Both the position numbers and the translations under genes were made by a program. This document shows, piece by piece, positions 1 to 18,339 of a DNA stretch of 64,000 bases. The DNA is from Chrysomallon squamiferum (taxonomy: Eukaryota; Animalia; Mollusca). Numbering within the stretch: position 1 is the first letter of the stretch; each line of letters opens with the position of its first letter. Below the pieces are notes generated by a model, which did not search any database, was not told where the DNA came from, and was given only the letters and a program-made list of their open reading frames with translations. Location of the stretch: contig CM022677.1 in NCBI GenBank assembly GCA_012295275.1, positions 1,550,001 through 1,614,000 on the forward strand, written 5' to 3'.

Positions 1-447
1 GTGACGTTTGTTTGTAATGTAGCTAAAATAAAAATAGGGTGCCACAGCTTCATGAGAATCACAAAGGTATACTCGGGTGTTATTTACAACGATCTGACAA
101 ATTCATTGTTAAAAAACTGTCTGCCCATAAGTGTAGAAATAAACCCGTGAAAATTTGAAATTATTTCCATTTGTCATTATTCCAAGGAAGAAGATATAGA
201 CCTCCCAATTATTTCCAATAAACAGAACAAACTAACAAACTCGTAAAGAGAAAACAATACTATGATATAAGATAATATTATCACATCTTCTATTGGCACG
301 TTCCATATCTTTGAAAAGCCTCACGCTGTAATACTGTTTATTATATGTATATCAATAGCAGTATATCAATAATAATAATAGTAATAATAATAATAAATTA
401 AATTAACACAATATAAAATACATTGTAGTTTCAAAACAGATACTTAC

Positions 448-529
448 CTGAACAAATTTCTTATCGATAATTTTTTTAGAAAGGAGTAATTTCTTTCTAA
501 GTCTACTATTGATCACAGAGATCAGGGAT
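448..529 (-). other. Putative non-coding 5'-UTR micro-exon (82 nt), paralog of the BTB-gene micro-exons at 28468-28552 and 30056-30139
   Basis: Minus-strand acceptor (tttacAG|ATCCCTGATC) and donor (CAG|GTAAGT). The core GATCGATAATTT...GATCAC.GAGATCAGGGATC is shared with 30056-30139. Confidence 0.55.
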
Positions 530-532
530 CTG

Positions 533-583
<51 letters not shown>

Positions 584-1183
584 ACAAAATGATATAAAGT
601 AAAACGAAGTAATCAGATACAGCATAAACTATAAACGATTAACTGACCTCTTCAGATAGAGGAACCAATTATCCGGCGTCCTGAAATACCGAAAGACCAG
701 AAAACCAGAACTTTTTCCCGACGTAATTTTCATACTTTGCGCGCATCGGTTTTGTCCTCACCAGACCGTAACTGCTCTTTCAAGCCGCGTGCTGTTCATT
801 CACTCGCCGCATTGTTTACGTGTCGAGTCGCCACAGTTGTGCGTCGTCAAATTTCTTTATTGCTACTGCAACTGTTACTACTACTACTAATAGAATAATA
901 ATAATTATTATAATGACGACACCATTATTATTTTTATTTCTTCTTAGTATTTTTTATTTTATTATTGGTGTTGTTGGTGTTGTTATTATTAAATATTCTT
1001 CGATATTTCTCATAAAGCAGTGTGTTATCTTTAAAAAAAAAAAAAAATACATCGTTTAAGAAAATTCACACAAAAAATGTATAGCTTTGACAAAATGGAT
1101 TACTAATTCAATATGTCTGGTCTGATTTAAGTAAAAGTACTAATAGTACAGCATATATTAAATTGCAATAAAATACAAAATAC

Positions 1184-1340
1184 CTTCAAATTTCAAAATG
1201 TCGGCCTGCGAAAAAAAGTACGTCCTTGTTTGGTGAGTGTTTTCCTGGAACTGACAACGTCCTGTTTGACAGGTCACTGAAATATCTTCTGTGTATCGCT
1301 GTTTACAATGTCGTCTGCTCATAAACACGTGACTGAAAGC
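1184..1340 (-). promoter_or_regulatory. Putative promoter/first-exon cassette (degenerate YY1-like site, E-box CACGTGAC, 5' splice donor)
   Basis: Minus strand reads ...ACATTTTGAAATTTGAAG|GTATTT, with CACGTGAC at ~1326. Homologous to 30602-30760 and 33195-33350. Confidence 0.5.
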
Positions 1341-1553
1341 AGATTTCACGCCACCTTTAGCGGTAAATAAATGCACATATTTTATTACATGCAATGTGTG
1401 CCGTATGATGTAACTTGCCTTTGAAACCTGTTAACTATATATATTATTTATTTTGCCTGTAAATTACCTATCTTTATTTCCAGTGTTATATTCATGAAAA
1501 ACTGATCGCTAACAATTCTCTGTTTATATATATCACTACTGGAAAGAAGAAAC

Positions 1554-1598
<45 letters not shown>

Positions 1599-2469
1599 AC
1601 ATGAAAAAACAACAAAGAAAGAAAACTAAAAGCATTGTTCAAATATTACTACATATACTCATCACTTGTTTATATGTTTATTTTCTTTAAATTATTTATT
1701 TATAATTCACTTATTACTTTTTATTTATTTAATAGTATTTGTTTATTTGTTTCTTCCTTTCTTTATTCATTTTTATTTTTTATTGATTTCATTTCATCAC
1801 ATAAAATACAGTATAAAATAATACAGTTATGACGGTAAACCGCAGTAGGGCCCTTGGCTACACCCTAATAAGGACTCGATTTCTCAGCGAGGTTTAAATG
1901 TACTGTTTTGTATGGTTGTTTAATTTAGAAAATTGGTCCTAACTTATTTACTAAGCAACGAATTGCAATTTACGTTATACCTACTTGCAGAATCCGCTTG
2001 TAGCTATTTCTTTTTTATACTATTAACACGCAGGTTTTGAAAGTATCTGTAATACAGTCTAACATCTCGTAATTAACCTGTATGTACACTAAAGTAAGTA
2101 AATATATTGCCCATTCATTTCTATAAATGTTCCTAACATTAATTAAATACGAAATTATCTACATTTATGTACAACAACCAAATTAATTACAATAAACCAA
2201 ATAAAAAGAAAATAGTAAATAATACAAATATATAACACAGTATAATTATTAAATTCTTCATACACAAGTTCGAAAAACCAGAAAGATAACTATAATTTCG
2301 TTATCGGATAATGTATTTTCAAGTCAGGCTGTACGTAATATTTTTCAAGTCAATTTGAAAAACAACACCTCACGATATAATGATCAATTTGATAGAGAAC
2401 TAACTCTGATATAAGTAAACGTAATGAAACTAAAAACAGTCGAATCGTTAAAACATAATAAAGTATAAT

Positions 2470-2600
2470 ATATCATACATTTTCGATATGACCGACGTTT
2501 TTTACTTTTGCTGTGTTTACTTTTAATTCTCAAAATCCTCCACTGATAAACACGTGACTGACGTCAAACATCTTTACGTCATCAAATGTCTCTGTATTGG
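2470..2600. promoter_or_regulatory. Promoter-like block with E-box (CACGTGAC) abutting a CRE (TGACGTCA)
   Basis: CCTCCACTGATAAACACGTGACTGACGTCAAA is nearly identical to the block at 28965-29000 upstream of the BTB gene. Confidence 0.45.
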
Positions 2601-2743
2601 GTTTGAATCTCAGATTAAAACAAGAAATCGTGCTACGAGACATGTACATTCATCTTACAAGCATATTTCCTTAAATTAGATTAAATAATTGTTTATGTAG
2701 TTATATTATATTGCATTGTATATATCTGTGCTATAAAAAGTCC

Positions 2744-2811
<68 letters not shown>

Positions 2812-3367
2812 TAATAATAATAGAAATAATTAAATGAAAAAACAGGAAAAACAACTGTAACTATTAATTTAAAACGATATCGGTGTAAAACTGGATAATT
2901 TCTTAGAAACGACTACATTCTATTTAACGATTCTATTATAAATCAGTGATATTAGATATAAATAATGAAGTAAAATAAAATAAAATGAAATAAATACATA
3001 AAATATAATAAAATTAAATAAAGTAAATAGACAAAAGTATGCATTAGATGCAGCTAGCACAAAGAACTATGTCAGAATGTAGATGATGAATATGACGATG
3101 ATTACGATGACGATAATTGAATTAGTTTAACACTACTACTACTGCTGCTACTGTTACAACTGCTACTACGTCCGCTCCAGACATATAAACACTTATACAT
3201 TGATGAACAAATCGACACTGAAATAATCGTTTACGTTGTACCGATTCATTTAACAACTTTCACACAGTAACCTATAGCAATGCTAAATAGTACACAGGAT
3301 TAACTGTGGCTGATTTCTTTAAACAAACTAATAGAAATACAATACATGTTAAGAAAATATCAAATAC

Positions 3368-3500
3368 CTTCAAATGCCTTCAAATTTCAAAATGGCTGTC
3401 TTCTTGTGTCAAACACGTCCTTGTCTCTGAGTTGTTTAGCTGGAACTGAAAACTTATTTTTTGTTGTTAGCAACCGTCTGCTCAGAAAGTGTAAGACCGC
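3368..3500 (-). promoter_or_regulatory. Further first-exon-like cassette (YY1-like CAAAATGGC plus donor)
   Basis: TACCTTCAAATGCCTTCAAATTTCAAAATGGCTG belongs to the same motif family as 1184, 30602 and 33195. Confidence 0.4.
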
Positions 3501-5713
3501 TGTATTATGTTTTCTATTCAAATGTGTTTAGCAATTCAACTAACAGGTGTTTCTGTTGACGAAACACAGAAAGAGATCTATTCATCGTAATTCATAACAC
3601 GTCTCAATAACGGTTATTGCTGTACTTGGCGGTGGTCGTAATTCCCCGAGAAGAAAACATTTGTAACGAAAGAAATGTCTCTTCGCTTATCTCGAGATAC
3701 ATTTCTTGAGAATGGGAACGTGATTCTGTAAGATAATTTGATGACTGACGTAATACGTCTCAGATTTTTAAACATCTAAAAGTGTATTAAGCCTAATTAA
3801 ACATCTAAACGTTTATTTCTATTTTATGAGTTCAACAAATTTATATCATCTAATAATAGTGAAATTGATATCATTTGTCATTTTACATTAATACTATATC
3901 ATTTAAATTATTACTTATTCATATTAAGAAATACTGATGACAAATTCTGGTAATTGTAAGACATTTTCAATTCCGATTCTGTTTACAAAATAACTAATTT
4001 TAAAATTCAAATTCAAAATATAGTCAATAAATGAAAAATACCCCAAAATGTATACATCTTTTATTTCTTTTTAATCCCTGGTTCATGAGTTACTGGAAAA
4101 CAGATCTCTCCCAAAATGTCTGCATTATATAAAACACGCTTTATCAGGAAGCAACTAATACACACTGATCATGGTCTATTTGGCGGTCCTATAAACAAAA
4201 CACATTTAACTATAATGGATTCATGAATTCACAAAAATGTAAGTCTTTACCGTTTAGATGAAAAAATTATAATTTATTATGGGTTTTCGAGGTCGTGATT
4301 CAGCATTGATTTCCACCATATTAGAGAGAGCACCACATTCGAGCAGTATGGCAACTCACTAGACGTTCTCAGTGAAATTTTCAGTACTTTGACTAATCTT
4401 CTGTGCATGACTATTATAAGAGTTCGTGTGAAGATAAATATAGTAATCAGAGTACTACGTACTTTGTACTATTTCTATACGAAGCAAATGGAACACTTAA
4501 ACAAATTCGAAATAATTACTTTTCTTATACTGGTTGGAACGAGTGACAGATAAAATCGAAAATTAAATAAGAAGGAAGGAACGAATGAAAGGAAGGAGAA
4601 AAGAAAGTAAAGAAAAAAGAAAGGAAAAAGGGAATAGAAGGAGGAAAAATTATTATTATTATCATCAGTATCATTATTATTATTATTGTTGTTGTTGCTG
4701 TTGTTGTTATTATTACTACTACTACTACTACTATTACTATTATTAATGTTTGTTCGTGGTGAAAACATGGCCACCTAAGCTTCAATCTCAACTAGGCACA
4801 GAGTGAAATTATTTGAATGTATTATTATAATTATTATTAAATTGCTACTCATAACAGTGTACCTTTGTAAAGTCTCATAAAAAAGCCTTTACGATATAAA
4901 CGAGTGATATAAAAGGCTAAGAAAAGCAGAAAAACGATAAGTTCCATTTTTCATAAAAAGTCTTTTAGAACACTCTTATTGTAATGCTTTTGAAGCAGTC
5001 TGGTTCGATGTTAAAATATGTATTGACACTACAGATAAAGAGAGCGTTACAGGTGGGAGAAATGGTGTAGAAAACAGGTCATGGCGGACATAAAGAGTGT
5101 TGTAAGATGAAGCCAAAAGAGAGTTCATAGGGTGTTGAGTTAGTTTAATGAGTGTTTCAAAATGGTTTCTCTTTCAGCATCAAATTCCACATATTTCAGA
5201 GATTGGTGAGTTGTAGAGGGTAGTGTTAATTCAGGATAATTTTCAAACAGGATATTGTTCATACATGAACATATTTTAGGAATTACTAATTTTATCTTTA
5301 TATTTAACCTTAAACCAATACTAATACTATCCCCGAATTAACTCTAAATAGAAGAACGTTGTCGTGGGAGAGAGGCCTTTTCATTTTATATCAAAAACAG
5401 AATACAACGACGACAACCTTTATTTTATGTGTAGTGAGTGAAGAAAAGGCAGTGTTATGTAAATAAATGATTCATGTTAAGAATAGAAGCTGTGGCGCGT
5501 ATTCAGAGAGAGTTAAAACTTGTATTTTTACACTGCTCAGTTTGTCTGTTCATTCTATCTGACTGAACCACAGGTCAGTCGAGAAAGTCGTATTTTTAAC
5601 AGTTGTAGCGTTTATACAAGAACAGTTGTGTTTAACAGAGACGAGTATTTCAGTGGGTGTCCGACTGCTTATATAATAGCACACAAGATAATTTAAAATA
5701 ATAACAACAACAC

Positions 5714-5746
<33 letters not shown>

Positions 5747-6402
5747 TGATGATGATGATGATGATAATAATAATAATAATGATGATAATGCTGACAATAA
5801 TAATAATAATAATAATGTTTCAATATTGTAAAATTAATATAAGGTCTCAGAAGGCTTTTGTATGTCATGGTGTTACCATTTTGCTAAGGCAGGAATAAAT
5901 TAGCATACATTAACATAAATTGAACTCAGGTAGGTTTCCACCAGGTGTCATCGGAAGGAACAGTTAATCGTGTGAAGAAGTCAAATGTCGTTCTGATCTC
6001 GAATCTGAAGCACTTCTTCTTTTAGAAAATAAAAGTAATAAATGATACTTTCACTGTCACAAAACATGGTGTTATAAAAGTTATGTTGACATTTAGCTGA
6101 TCTTAGATCTCATGTTGAAAAGCAGAGAATACGTGTAAAGAGTTTCACACAGAGAAACAGACTGCAATTCAAAGCTGTCTCTGATATTCAATACAATACT
6201 AAATATGTTCAGACAAGCTCTCCGCTCACTTGAACAAACAGAACAAAAAACAGATTGTTTGACTGTGAGGATCTGATACATTAAACAGCGACCCTTATCC
6301 TACATTCTAAACGTCTGAAAACACGTTATTAATATATATATATAGATATCAATTCAAAACGAAGCATGTTATGAAGTTTATTTCTAGCTTTACTAATATA
6401 AC

Positions 6403-6530
<128 letters not shown>

Positions 6531-6701
6531 GTCGTAGTAGTAAATAATGGACCCTCCCTTGACTGTAATTTCTTAATGTTTTCAGTGAGAATAGATCATT
6601 CATTTGAATGCGATAGAAATGTAAGGTTTATTTCAATGACGCTGTGAAAAAGAAAATTATCGACGTTCAGAACGTGATAGAACACGATCAATGCATGAAT
6701 A

Positions 6702-6917
<216 letters not shown>

Positions 6918-8050
6918 AAACAAATAATGGTATTAAACGTTTTATTTACGTTAAAATATTCCGTAATGGAGAGTTATAGAAGATTAATCACAAATCGCGT
7001 CCTCAAAATGCAGGCGACAGTCTCTTCAGAGTTTTTTATTTATTTTTATTTTTTTTTTTTTTTTAAATGGAAATATGCAGAGAAATTAAGTATATTTAAT
7101 AAAATTTGTGTAATGTTCATTCATTTATTATTTATTATGTCAAAGAAAAATAGTTTATTTAAAGGAGAAAGATTGTCTGGTTTGCGTATGAAACTAAATG
7201 TAATATTTATTTTCTTTATATAAAATCATCGGAATATTGTACATTATATAACAAACACAGTTTTTTATATATCTATTTGTCAGAAATGAAAAAGAAACAT
7301 TAAGTTTCAAATTAAATGAAACATATATCTGCTTGGCGGCATCTTATGTACAACATGTCAGCGTTTAATATTTAACCTGTTGAACGGAATTCACCTAATT
7401 ATCCGCCGTAAATTAGAAACATATTTCTCTGAACTGATGAAACATTGGTCGTGTTTTCCGTGTTTAGACTACGCTGTTGCCTAGATACAAAGCAGCCTGT
7501 ATGTGACGTCATGTTACCTTAGACGTGCATACTCGGGAGTAAGCGCGCAATTCAGTTCAGATTTATTATGTTCGATTTACTGAATCATCGGCGAAGAAAT
7601 GTCAGATCTTGGATCAAATTTTCTAGGAAGTATTTTGCGTGGCGTGTCTGTTTATATTTTAAACACAAATTAAATACAAAAATAAACCAAGTAAAAATTC
7701 ATGATAAAAAATACAAATTAATTTATTTATCAGATTTTCATTCATTTACATCTTACATTAATAATAAATAAATAAACAAACAGTTGCAAATTTGTGTCTA
7801 GTAAATTCTAAGTATAACATAATTACTTGCATGTGTTATACAAATCTGGACAAAATAAAACTGGTAAATAAATCACACAGCAGTTCATATTTCCATGTTC
7901 AAAAATGTTTAATTTACGAACATTTATTTATATATAATTTAAAGCGAAATAAAAAAAAAGTAAACAGAAACAAAAAATATTAACGAATGAATAGATCTAA
8001 ATTTCATGTCTAGTAAACTTGAAACATATTATTTCCCTACGCATTTTTAT

Positions 8051-8105
<55 letters not shown>

Positions 8106-8116
8106 ACAAACATACA

Positions 8117-8552
8117 CAGGGGGTGTCGGAGATCCAATCGTACGGACGGAAGTAAGGCGATTTTCCATGCAAGTCAGACTCACCACAGCCTAAGTCACTT
8201 ACAGAACCTAAACCACCCTAAAATCATAGGAATATATCAGAAACAGGACTAAGCCATAACAAAATGAAAGGAAGAAGGTGACAATAGTACAGAAAGATGA
8301 CAAATGAAACTTTTTAATAACGTGTAGATTCACTTCTAATGTATTCACTTTCCTTTTCTTCGACGCTCTGCCATGGGAACAGTCTGCCTTTCGTTTTGAA
8401 GACACACTGAAGAATATAAAGTCTCAATGAATAAAGCAAACACAAAAGTGAGAGAGCTGATGTAAACAAAGCACGCGGTACACAAAGAACGTGTTGGGGA
8501 TATGCTGGGTCTAAGCGACGCCATCTCTCACAAACAAACGTCATGTAACGCA
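8117..8552 (-). mobile_element. Truncated Tigger/pogo-like non-autonomous DNA transposon
   Basis: Peptide SSKRKADCSHGRASKKRKVNTLEVNLHVIKKF resembles the N-terminal CENP-B/psq HTH start of Tigger transposases. CAGGGG end at 8117. Inverted copy of 41667-42100. Confidence 0.7.
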
Positions 8553-8632
8553 AGACTGTATGTTATATATATATATTTATTTTTACACATAAGGGTACTA
8601 ACTGTTTCTGTGTTAATAATAATAATAATAAT

Positions 8633-8670
<38 letters not shown>

Positions 8671-10783
8671 TAGCTTTTAATATTATTTTATTGTTTATTG
8701 AATTGCAGTCCAAAAAAAAAAAAAAAACTCAAAGACAAACAAGACAAGAAGAAACCACTTTGATAAAACAGTTGATTTTTTTGTTGTGCTTTCACTATCT
8801 GTAGAGATATGATTCACTGCACAGGTTTTAATATTCACAAACAAAAAGTATTTGTATTATTATTATTATTATTATGCGTATCGTTTTTCATTCGTACAAT
8901 TTACAAGACACGATACTCGCCAGTTAAGTTTTCAAATTTAAGCAAGATTTATATTTCACGTGCTGAATTGTATTATTTTACACTGTCCATCTACAAACCA
9001 GTTGTTATGTCTTATTAATGTATTGTTAGAGACTGTGACAGTCAGTTTATAAAATTAATAAATTATGTATGCCAGATTGAAAACGTAACGCCTTTGTGAA
9101 AAAGAAAGAAATGTTGAAATAAAACAAAACTAGTAAGATACATAATAACGTGTTGTTAAAATTCTTAGAACACAATTGTGTATGTTTTTCAAGTTATTAA
9201 TGGTACTGACATACTATTTAATCTTTTCTTTTCAAAACGTGGTAGACAAACATGTTAGAAAGTACCTGTATTTCTAACAATACTTGGTATGTAATAATTA
9301 AGTGTTAGATTGGGAAATAAAGTAATCTGTCGACTGAGAATAATAACATTTACTGAATTAGATTAGCAACGCATTTTGAATTTATGTGATATTATTTTGT
9401 ACTTCCATTCTTTTTTTTTTTGTTTACTTACAAATTTTGTCTCAACCAGTCATTATTACTTTTGTTCTTTTTCTGTTGTGTTGTTTTTATCATTAATCCT
9501 ATTTTCGTTCGTGTTGCTGTAGTTATTGTTATTATTATTGTTATTATTATTATAATTACTGTTAGTATTGTTATTATTATTAATACTATTACTGAATGAT
9601 GCATTGCATAAAATGTTCTATTCACAGATATGAAGGATGATCTTTGACCCCTTCTCTCGTTAATACATCCAAGCAACAAAACATTATAACTGATATCTCA
9701 AAAACGTAACTAGATATTATATTGGATACTTCGCCGTTGTTCTGAAGACATGTGTTTGAAATCAGGTTCTACAAATCATATTCGGTATTTTCTTTTGTCT
9801 GCACGCTCGAGTTAGTTGGAGCAAGGCACTGATTCACAATAATCAGAGAGGAGAGGAACAGGGTCGGTATTGAGGTTTACGTCTTTTTAGGATTAGGAAC
9901 AAAACCATATATTTTTGTGCCATTTTGTATTATTTTTGGTTCTTTATTTGTTTCTTTGTTTCTTTCTTGTTTTATTTATTTATTTATTTATTTTACATGT
10001 TGGATTTAAGATTTCTAACACTTCGTAACCTATAAGCAAAGAGACATGGTGTTTGTAGTGCTAAAATAAATATTGTAACGTCATCTTTTTAAAATAGTTT
10101 ACAATGCTAATCACTTTCACACACACACATTCACACAGACACACATACACACTTGAGTTTTAACGCAATAAAAACAGTAACAGCAACTTTGATGATATAG
10201 ATAGATAAACAGATAGACAGATATGTAGATTCTGTCTCACTGATACGTGCAAAGAACAGAAATGTTATACATCACTACACAAATAAAGTTCGTACTTATT
10301 GATTTGATGTAGTTAATAAGTAAATGAAAACATAGAAATATATAAATAAATAAATTAAATAAAAAAGCTACGAGTTTAATCTTTAATAAGCGTCGTAAGA
10401 AATGTGTTAAGAAATAGTTTATAAGATGACAGCGATTCATGTCGAACATTAAACTTTATTACACACAGTGTCGTGAGAGAGTGACATTTCATTTTATATC
10501 AAAAACAGAGTACAGTGATCATTATCTTCACGTGAATGAAAGTGATTGAAGGAAATTCAGTGTTATTTAAAGAACTGGTTCATGTTCAGAATAGAATCTG
10601 TCGCTTGAATTCAGAGAGAGATAAAACCTGTGTGTTTACACTGCTATGTTTGTTAGTTTTCTCTGACTGAATTACATAAGTCTAAAAATATCGTATTCAT
10701 AACAGTTGTGGCGTTTATACATGAACAGTTGTGTTTAACAGAGACGATTATTTCAATGTGTCTGTTGGACTGAGGCAATTTAA

Positions 10784-10864
<81 letters not shown>

Positions 10865-11781
10865 TATTATTATTATTATTATCATCATCATCATCATCAT
10901 CATCATCATAATGACGTTTAAGAGTTGTAAAATTAATATGAACTCAAATAGGTCACCGCTAGGTGTCATGGGAAGAAGTTAAAGTGATCTGATCTCGATT
11001 CTATAGCACTTCTTCTTTTAGAAAATAAAGGTAATAAATGATAATTTCACACGTCATAAAACATGGTGTAGTAAAAGTTCTGTTCACATTTAAGCTGATC
11101 TTTGATCTCTGGCTGAAAAGTAGAGAAAATTAGTGAAAATGTTCACACAGACACACAGACTCTATTTCAAATTTGTCTCATATTCGACACAATACAAAAT
11201 ATTGGTGGATTATAGAATATTCCAGGTAATAAATGTGGTTAATTACTGATGATTCTTTAATTTAATAAACTATTTAAAAAAAAAAAAAAAATAACAAACA
11301 AACAAACACATAAATAAATAAATTAATAAATAAATAAATAAAACATATATCTATTCACATTTATCAGCAATGTCAGTTTAAAATTGAGGAGTTCAAAGAA
11401 ATTTTAAAAATTTGAAGTAATCACAAGAACAAGAAAGATCAGACAAGTTGTCGGATCACTTGAACAAATGTAACAAAAAACTAAATGTTTGACTGAGAGG
11501 ATCTGGCACATTCAAACAGCTACCATTATGTTCAACACTAAACGTTTAAGAACACATTAATAAAATATATCGATAAGGAATAATAAATTCAAAAGAAAGC
11601 CCGTTATAAAAGTTCTTTCTACCTCGAGTGTGTTTAGAATTCCGCGCGGTTCTAGCTTTACCTACAAGTGGAGGGCAATGTTCTCTTTGCTATATCAAGA
11701 CACTGCTATTTATTTATTTATAAAGAGACAGAGACAGCCAGAGAAAAGGAGAGAGTACGAACGACAGAATGATAGAGAGAC

Positions 11782-11882
<101 letters not shown>

Positions 11883-12049
11883 CTAATAAAGAACACTCCC
11901 TAGAACTGTATTTGCAAAGTTGTGGTGAGAATAGATCATTCGTGTTAATATGATAAAAGTATAAGTTTATTTGAATGACGCTTTAACAAAAAATAAATAA
12001 AAATAGTTCGATGTTCAGAACATGATAGAACACGATCAATGCATGAATA

Positions 12050-15399
<3,350 letters not shown>

Positions 15400-15644
15400 C
15401 TTAGAATAAATTAATACTTAACTTTGATTAAAAAACTAAAGCAAAATAAACGAAATAGCTTAGCTTTGTTAATATTATTATATAAGTATATTTACTATTA
15501 ACCCACGGCAATGTGTAAATCGCCTTCTTTACTTATTTATTTATTTATTTATTTACTTACTTGTTATTTGAAATAGATCACTTGGAAGTTGAACGTATAG
15601 TTACTTTGTGGTTTCATTTTGTCAAATGATCTCGTGAAAATAAT

Positions 15645-16075
15645 TCTACGGTCAGTCAGCGGACTGCCGTTATTTGAGTCAAATTCTTTGTTTTACTGTT
15701 GAGATTAGAGTTGACAATAAACACAGTTCTTCTAAACTTGTATACAAATTAAAGTAATTGAGATTTTCATCAGAAGTGACATAATTACATGAGCACAGTC
15801 TCTATACAGTATTTTGTTAATAACCCTGTTACATTAGAAAGAGAACAACGAATTATAGGAGTAGATGTTTAATGTGATGTCTGTGACAATAGCTTAGCTT
15901 TAGAAAGTTTGATACGTTGCCGATTTATTTTAGGCTGCTCTGCCATTACGATGAATTCAATAAAACAAAACAAAATGTGCATCGCATGTATTTAAGCAGA
16001 ATTCTGAGTGAGTTCATTCACTTAGGTGATAACACACTAATAACAATCTTGTTAATTTAGCTGCGCATAGTGATT
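15645..16075 (+). repeat. Dispersed repeat, diverged direct copy of 24490-24920
   Basis: Shared TTGACAATAAACACAGTTCTTCTAAAC.TGTATACAAATTAA, GATGAATTCAATAAAA and ATTCACTTAGGTG blocks. Confidence 0.85.
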
Positions 16076-16264
16076 ACAAGAAGCCTGACGTCATTGTTTT
16101 GATTAAGAATTAAAAAACTGAGATCATTTCATCTTGAGCGCGCGGTAGCCTGTTTACCTTCAAAGTGATGTCATTATCTATGAAGTGACGTACTTGAAAA
16201 ATTGTCTGCTGTTTCTGAAAAAGATAATTTTGTGTGTATGTATGTATGTTTGTATATGTGTGTT

Positions 16265-16326
<62 letters not shown>

Positions 16327-16454
16327 CTGTATCTTCCTCTTTATCTTAAAATTATTTGGTGGATTATTTGGTGCCTTACTTGTTGAGTGGTTACGATTAT
16401 AAAATATTTATGTAATATTCACCGAAAAGTATTTTGATTATTAATATTATTTGG

Positions 16455-16855
16455 GTATCGTTTTTCATTCGTACAATTTAAAAGACACAATACTCGCCAG
16501 TTAAGTGTTCAAGTTTAAACAAGATTTATTTTTGGCAGGGTGAAGTGTATTATTTTACACTGTTCATATAGAAAACAGTTAAAATTAAATAGTTTTTATT
16601 TATAAACATAACAAATTATAAACGTAGCGCCTTTGTTTCAACCATTACAACAACCACAAAAATAACTTAATTGGCAACGTTTTAAATTACATATAATTTT
16701 CAAGGTATTAGGGGAACTCATTCTTTTCTTCTCCAAACGTGATAGACAAACAGATTACAAAGTAGCTGTATTGCTAACAATAGTTGATATATAATAATTA
16801 GGTGTTATATTGGGAAATTAATTTATTGATCGATAGTAATAACATTTACAAAATT
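16455..16855 (+). repeat. Diverged direct copy of 8877-9352 (third copy of part of the inverted duplicon)
   Basis: GTATCGTTTTTCATTCGTACAATTTA.AAGACAC.ATACTCGCCAGTTAAG and later blocks are shared. Confidence 0.85.
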
Positions 16856-16882
16856 TGATTATACACGCAGTTTGAATTTATG

Positions 16883-17082
16883 NNNNNNNNNNNNNNNNNN
16901 NNNNNNNNNNNNNNNNNNNNNNNNNNNNNNNNNNNNNNNNNNNNNNNNNNNNNNNNNNNNNNNNNNNNNNNNNNNNNNNNNNNNNNNNNNNNNNNNNNNN
17001 NNNNNNNNNNNNNNNNNNNNNNNNNNNNNNNNNNNNNNNNNNNNNNNNNNNNNNNNNNNNNNNNNNNNNNNNNNNNNNNNNN
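16883..17082. other. Assembly gap (200 N)
   Basis: Run of N; the round length suggests a scaffolding placeholder. Confidence 0.99.
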
Positions 17083-18339
17083 GACTGTAATAATAAATAA
17101 TAAACTGTGATAGATAATAAAATGTATCTCACCTGTCTCTGTTTTGTAGCCTTTCCTTTTAACAATATTTCTTAAATATGTTGTGTAAACCACATTAATT
17201 TCTAGCGATTAAGCATTTCACTTTAAAAAGGTTTACGTTGATTCATACCATCAGCCTGTAATTAATCTTCACTTTTTGCCTCAAAGCCTAATTTTCTATT
17301 AACTTGAATGTCACATCAGTAATTATCCTTTAGTTACTAGCAGTACTGTAAATTAATATACTTTAATAGAATGAATCATTTTCTGCAACTTTATAATTAC
17401 CGCCAGTAGAGCTGTTTGAATGAATACATTGATATTTAGTTATAATAACCTATATTTTATATCATTTTTTCTCAGTCTCAATTCACGTTTATGAACAGTG
17501 CTCCTATTACAAAATAAACGGGATATCTCAAGGTTAAAATATACTGAAAAAGTTTTTAAAAAAGAAGAAAAGTCACGTTTTGGTCATTTATTCTCAAGTT
17601 ATCAGAAGCGCAGTTTATACAACGAAAGTTAAAATCAACGAAAATAACTTAATATTTTATTAATTACATTAATAACTCTGAACATAATTGATTATTTAAT
17701 ACTGCTATAGAATATCCTCCATATTTCTGATTATACTTTCCGGTTTCATAAGGAAGAGGCCACAAATCTTACCACTGTTTCTGCATAACTATAACGAGTT
17801 AAAAATCACTCGATAATAAATTTGTCACATAAACAGTGGTGGTGATTTTATCAGAAGGCTTTTTTACAGGAAAATGTGATAATTAATTACAGGTTTATGA
17901 TGGTAACAACTGAAATCAGCAAATGGATCTTTCTGTTTGTCTGGTATATTACGTGACGCTGCACCTAAAAAGAAAATATATGGTAATTCGTTTTTATCAA
18001 TCTCAATTTAAATCATTTTTCAAAGAAAGATTTATTTGGGATCATCGTTATTTTCCGGCTGCCAAAACTGTCGCATATTATGACATCTAAAATAATAATA
18101 TGATGCTTGCTGAAGGACGAAGTTAGTTTCATTTTTGCAACATCTTCCTCTCAGAATTTTGTTTATACATGGTAGAATTTGTTGATAGTGTAAAACTAAT
18201 GAAGTGAGGTAATTTTAATGCCAATACCCCCAAACCTTAATTCTTACGCAAAGGCTACTTCTAATGATGATACTAAAATTATTTTTATTATTATTATAAC
18301 ATCCATAGTAATATTTACAATATCCCTAACATTGAGCCG

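Noticed and set aside
4250-4430. Possible Ig-like exon (ENV..VSCHTARMWCSL) on the minus strand
   Set aside because: Requires a frameshift and several stops; too weak to support.
16846-17193. ORFs containing X runs
   Set aside because: They span the N gap.
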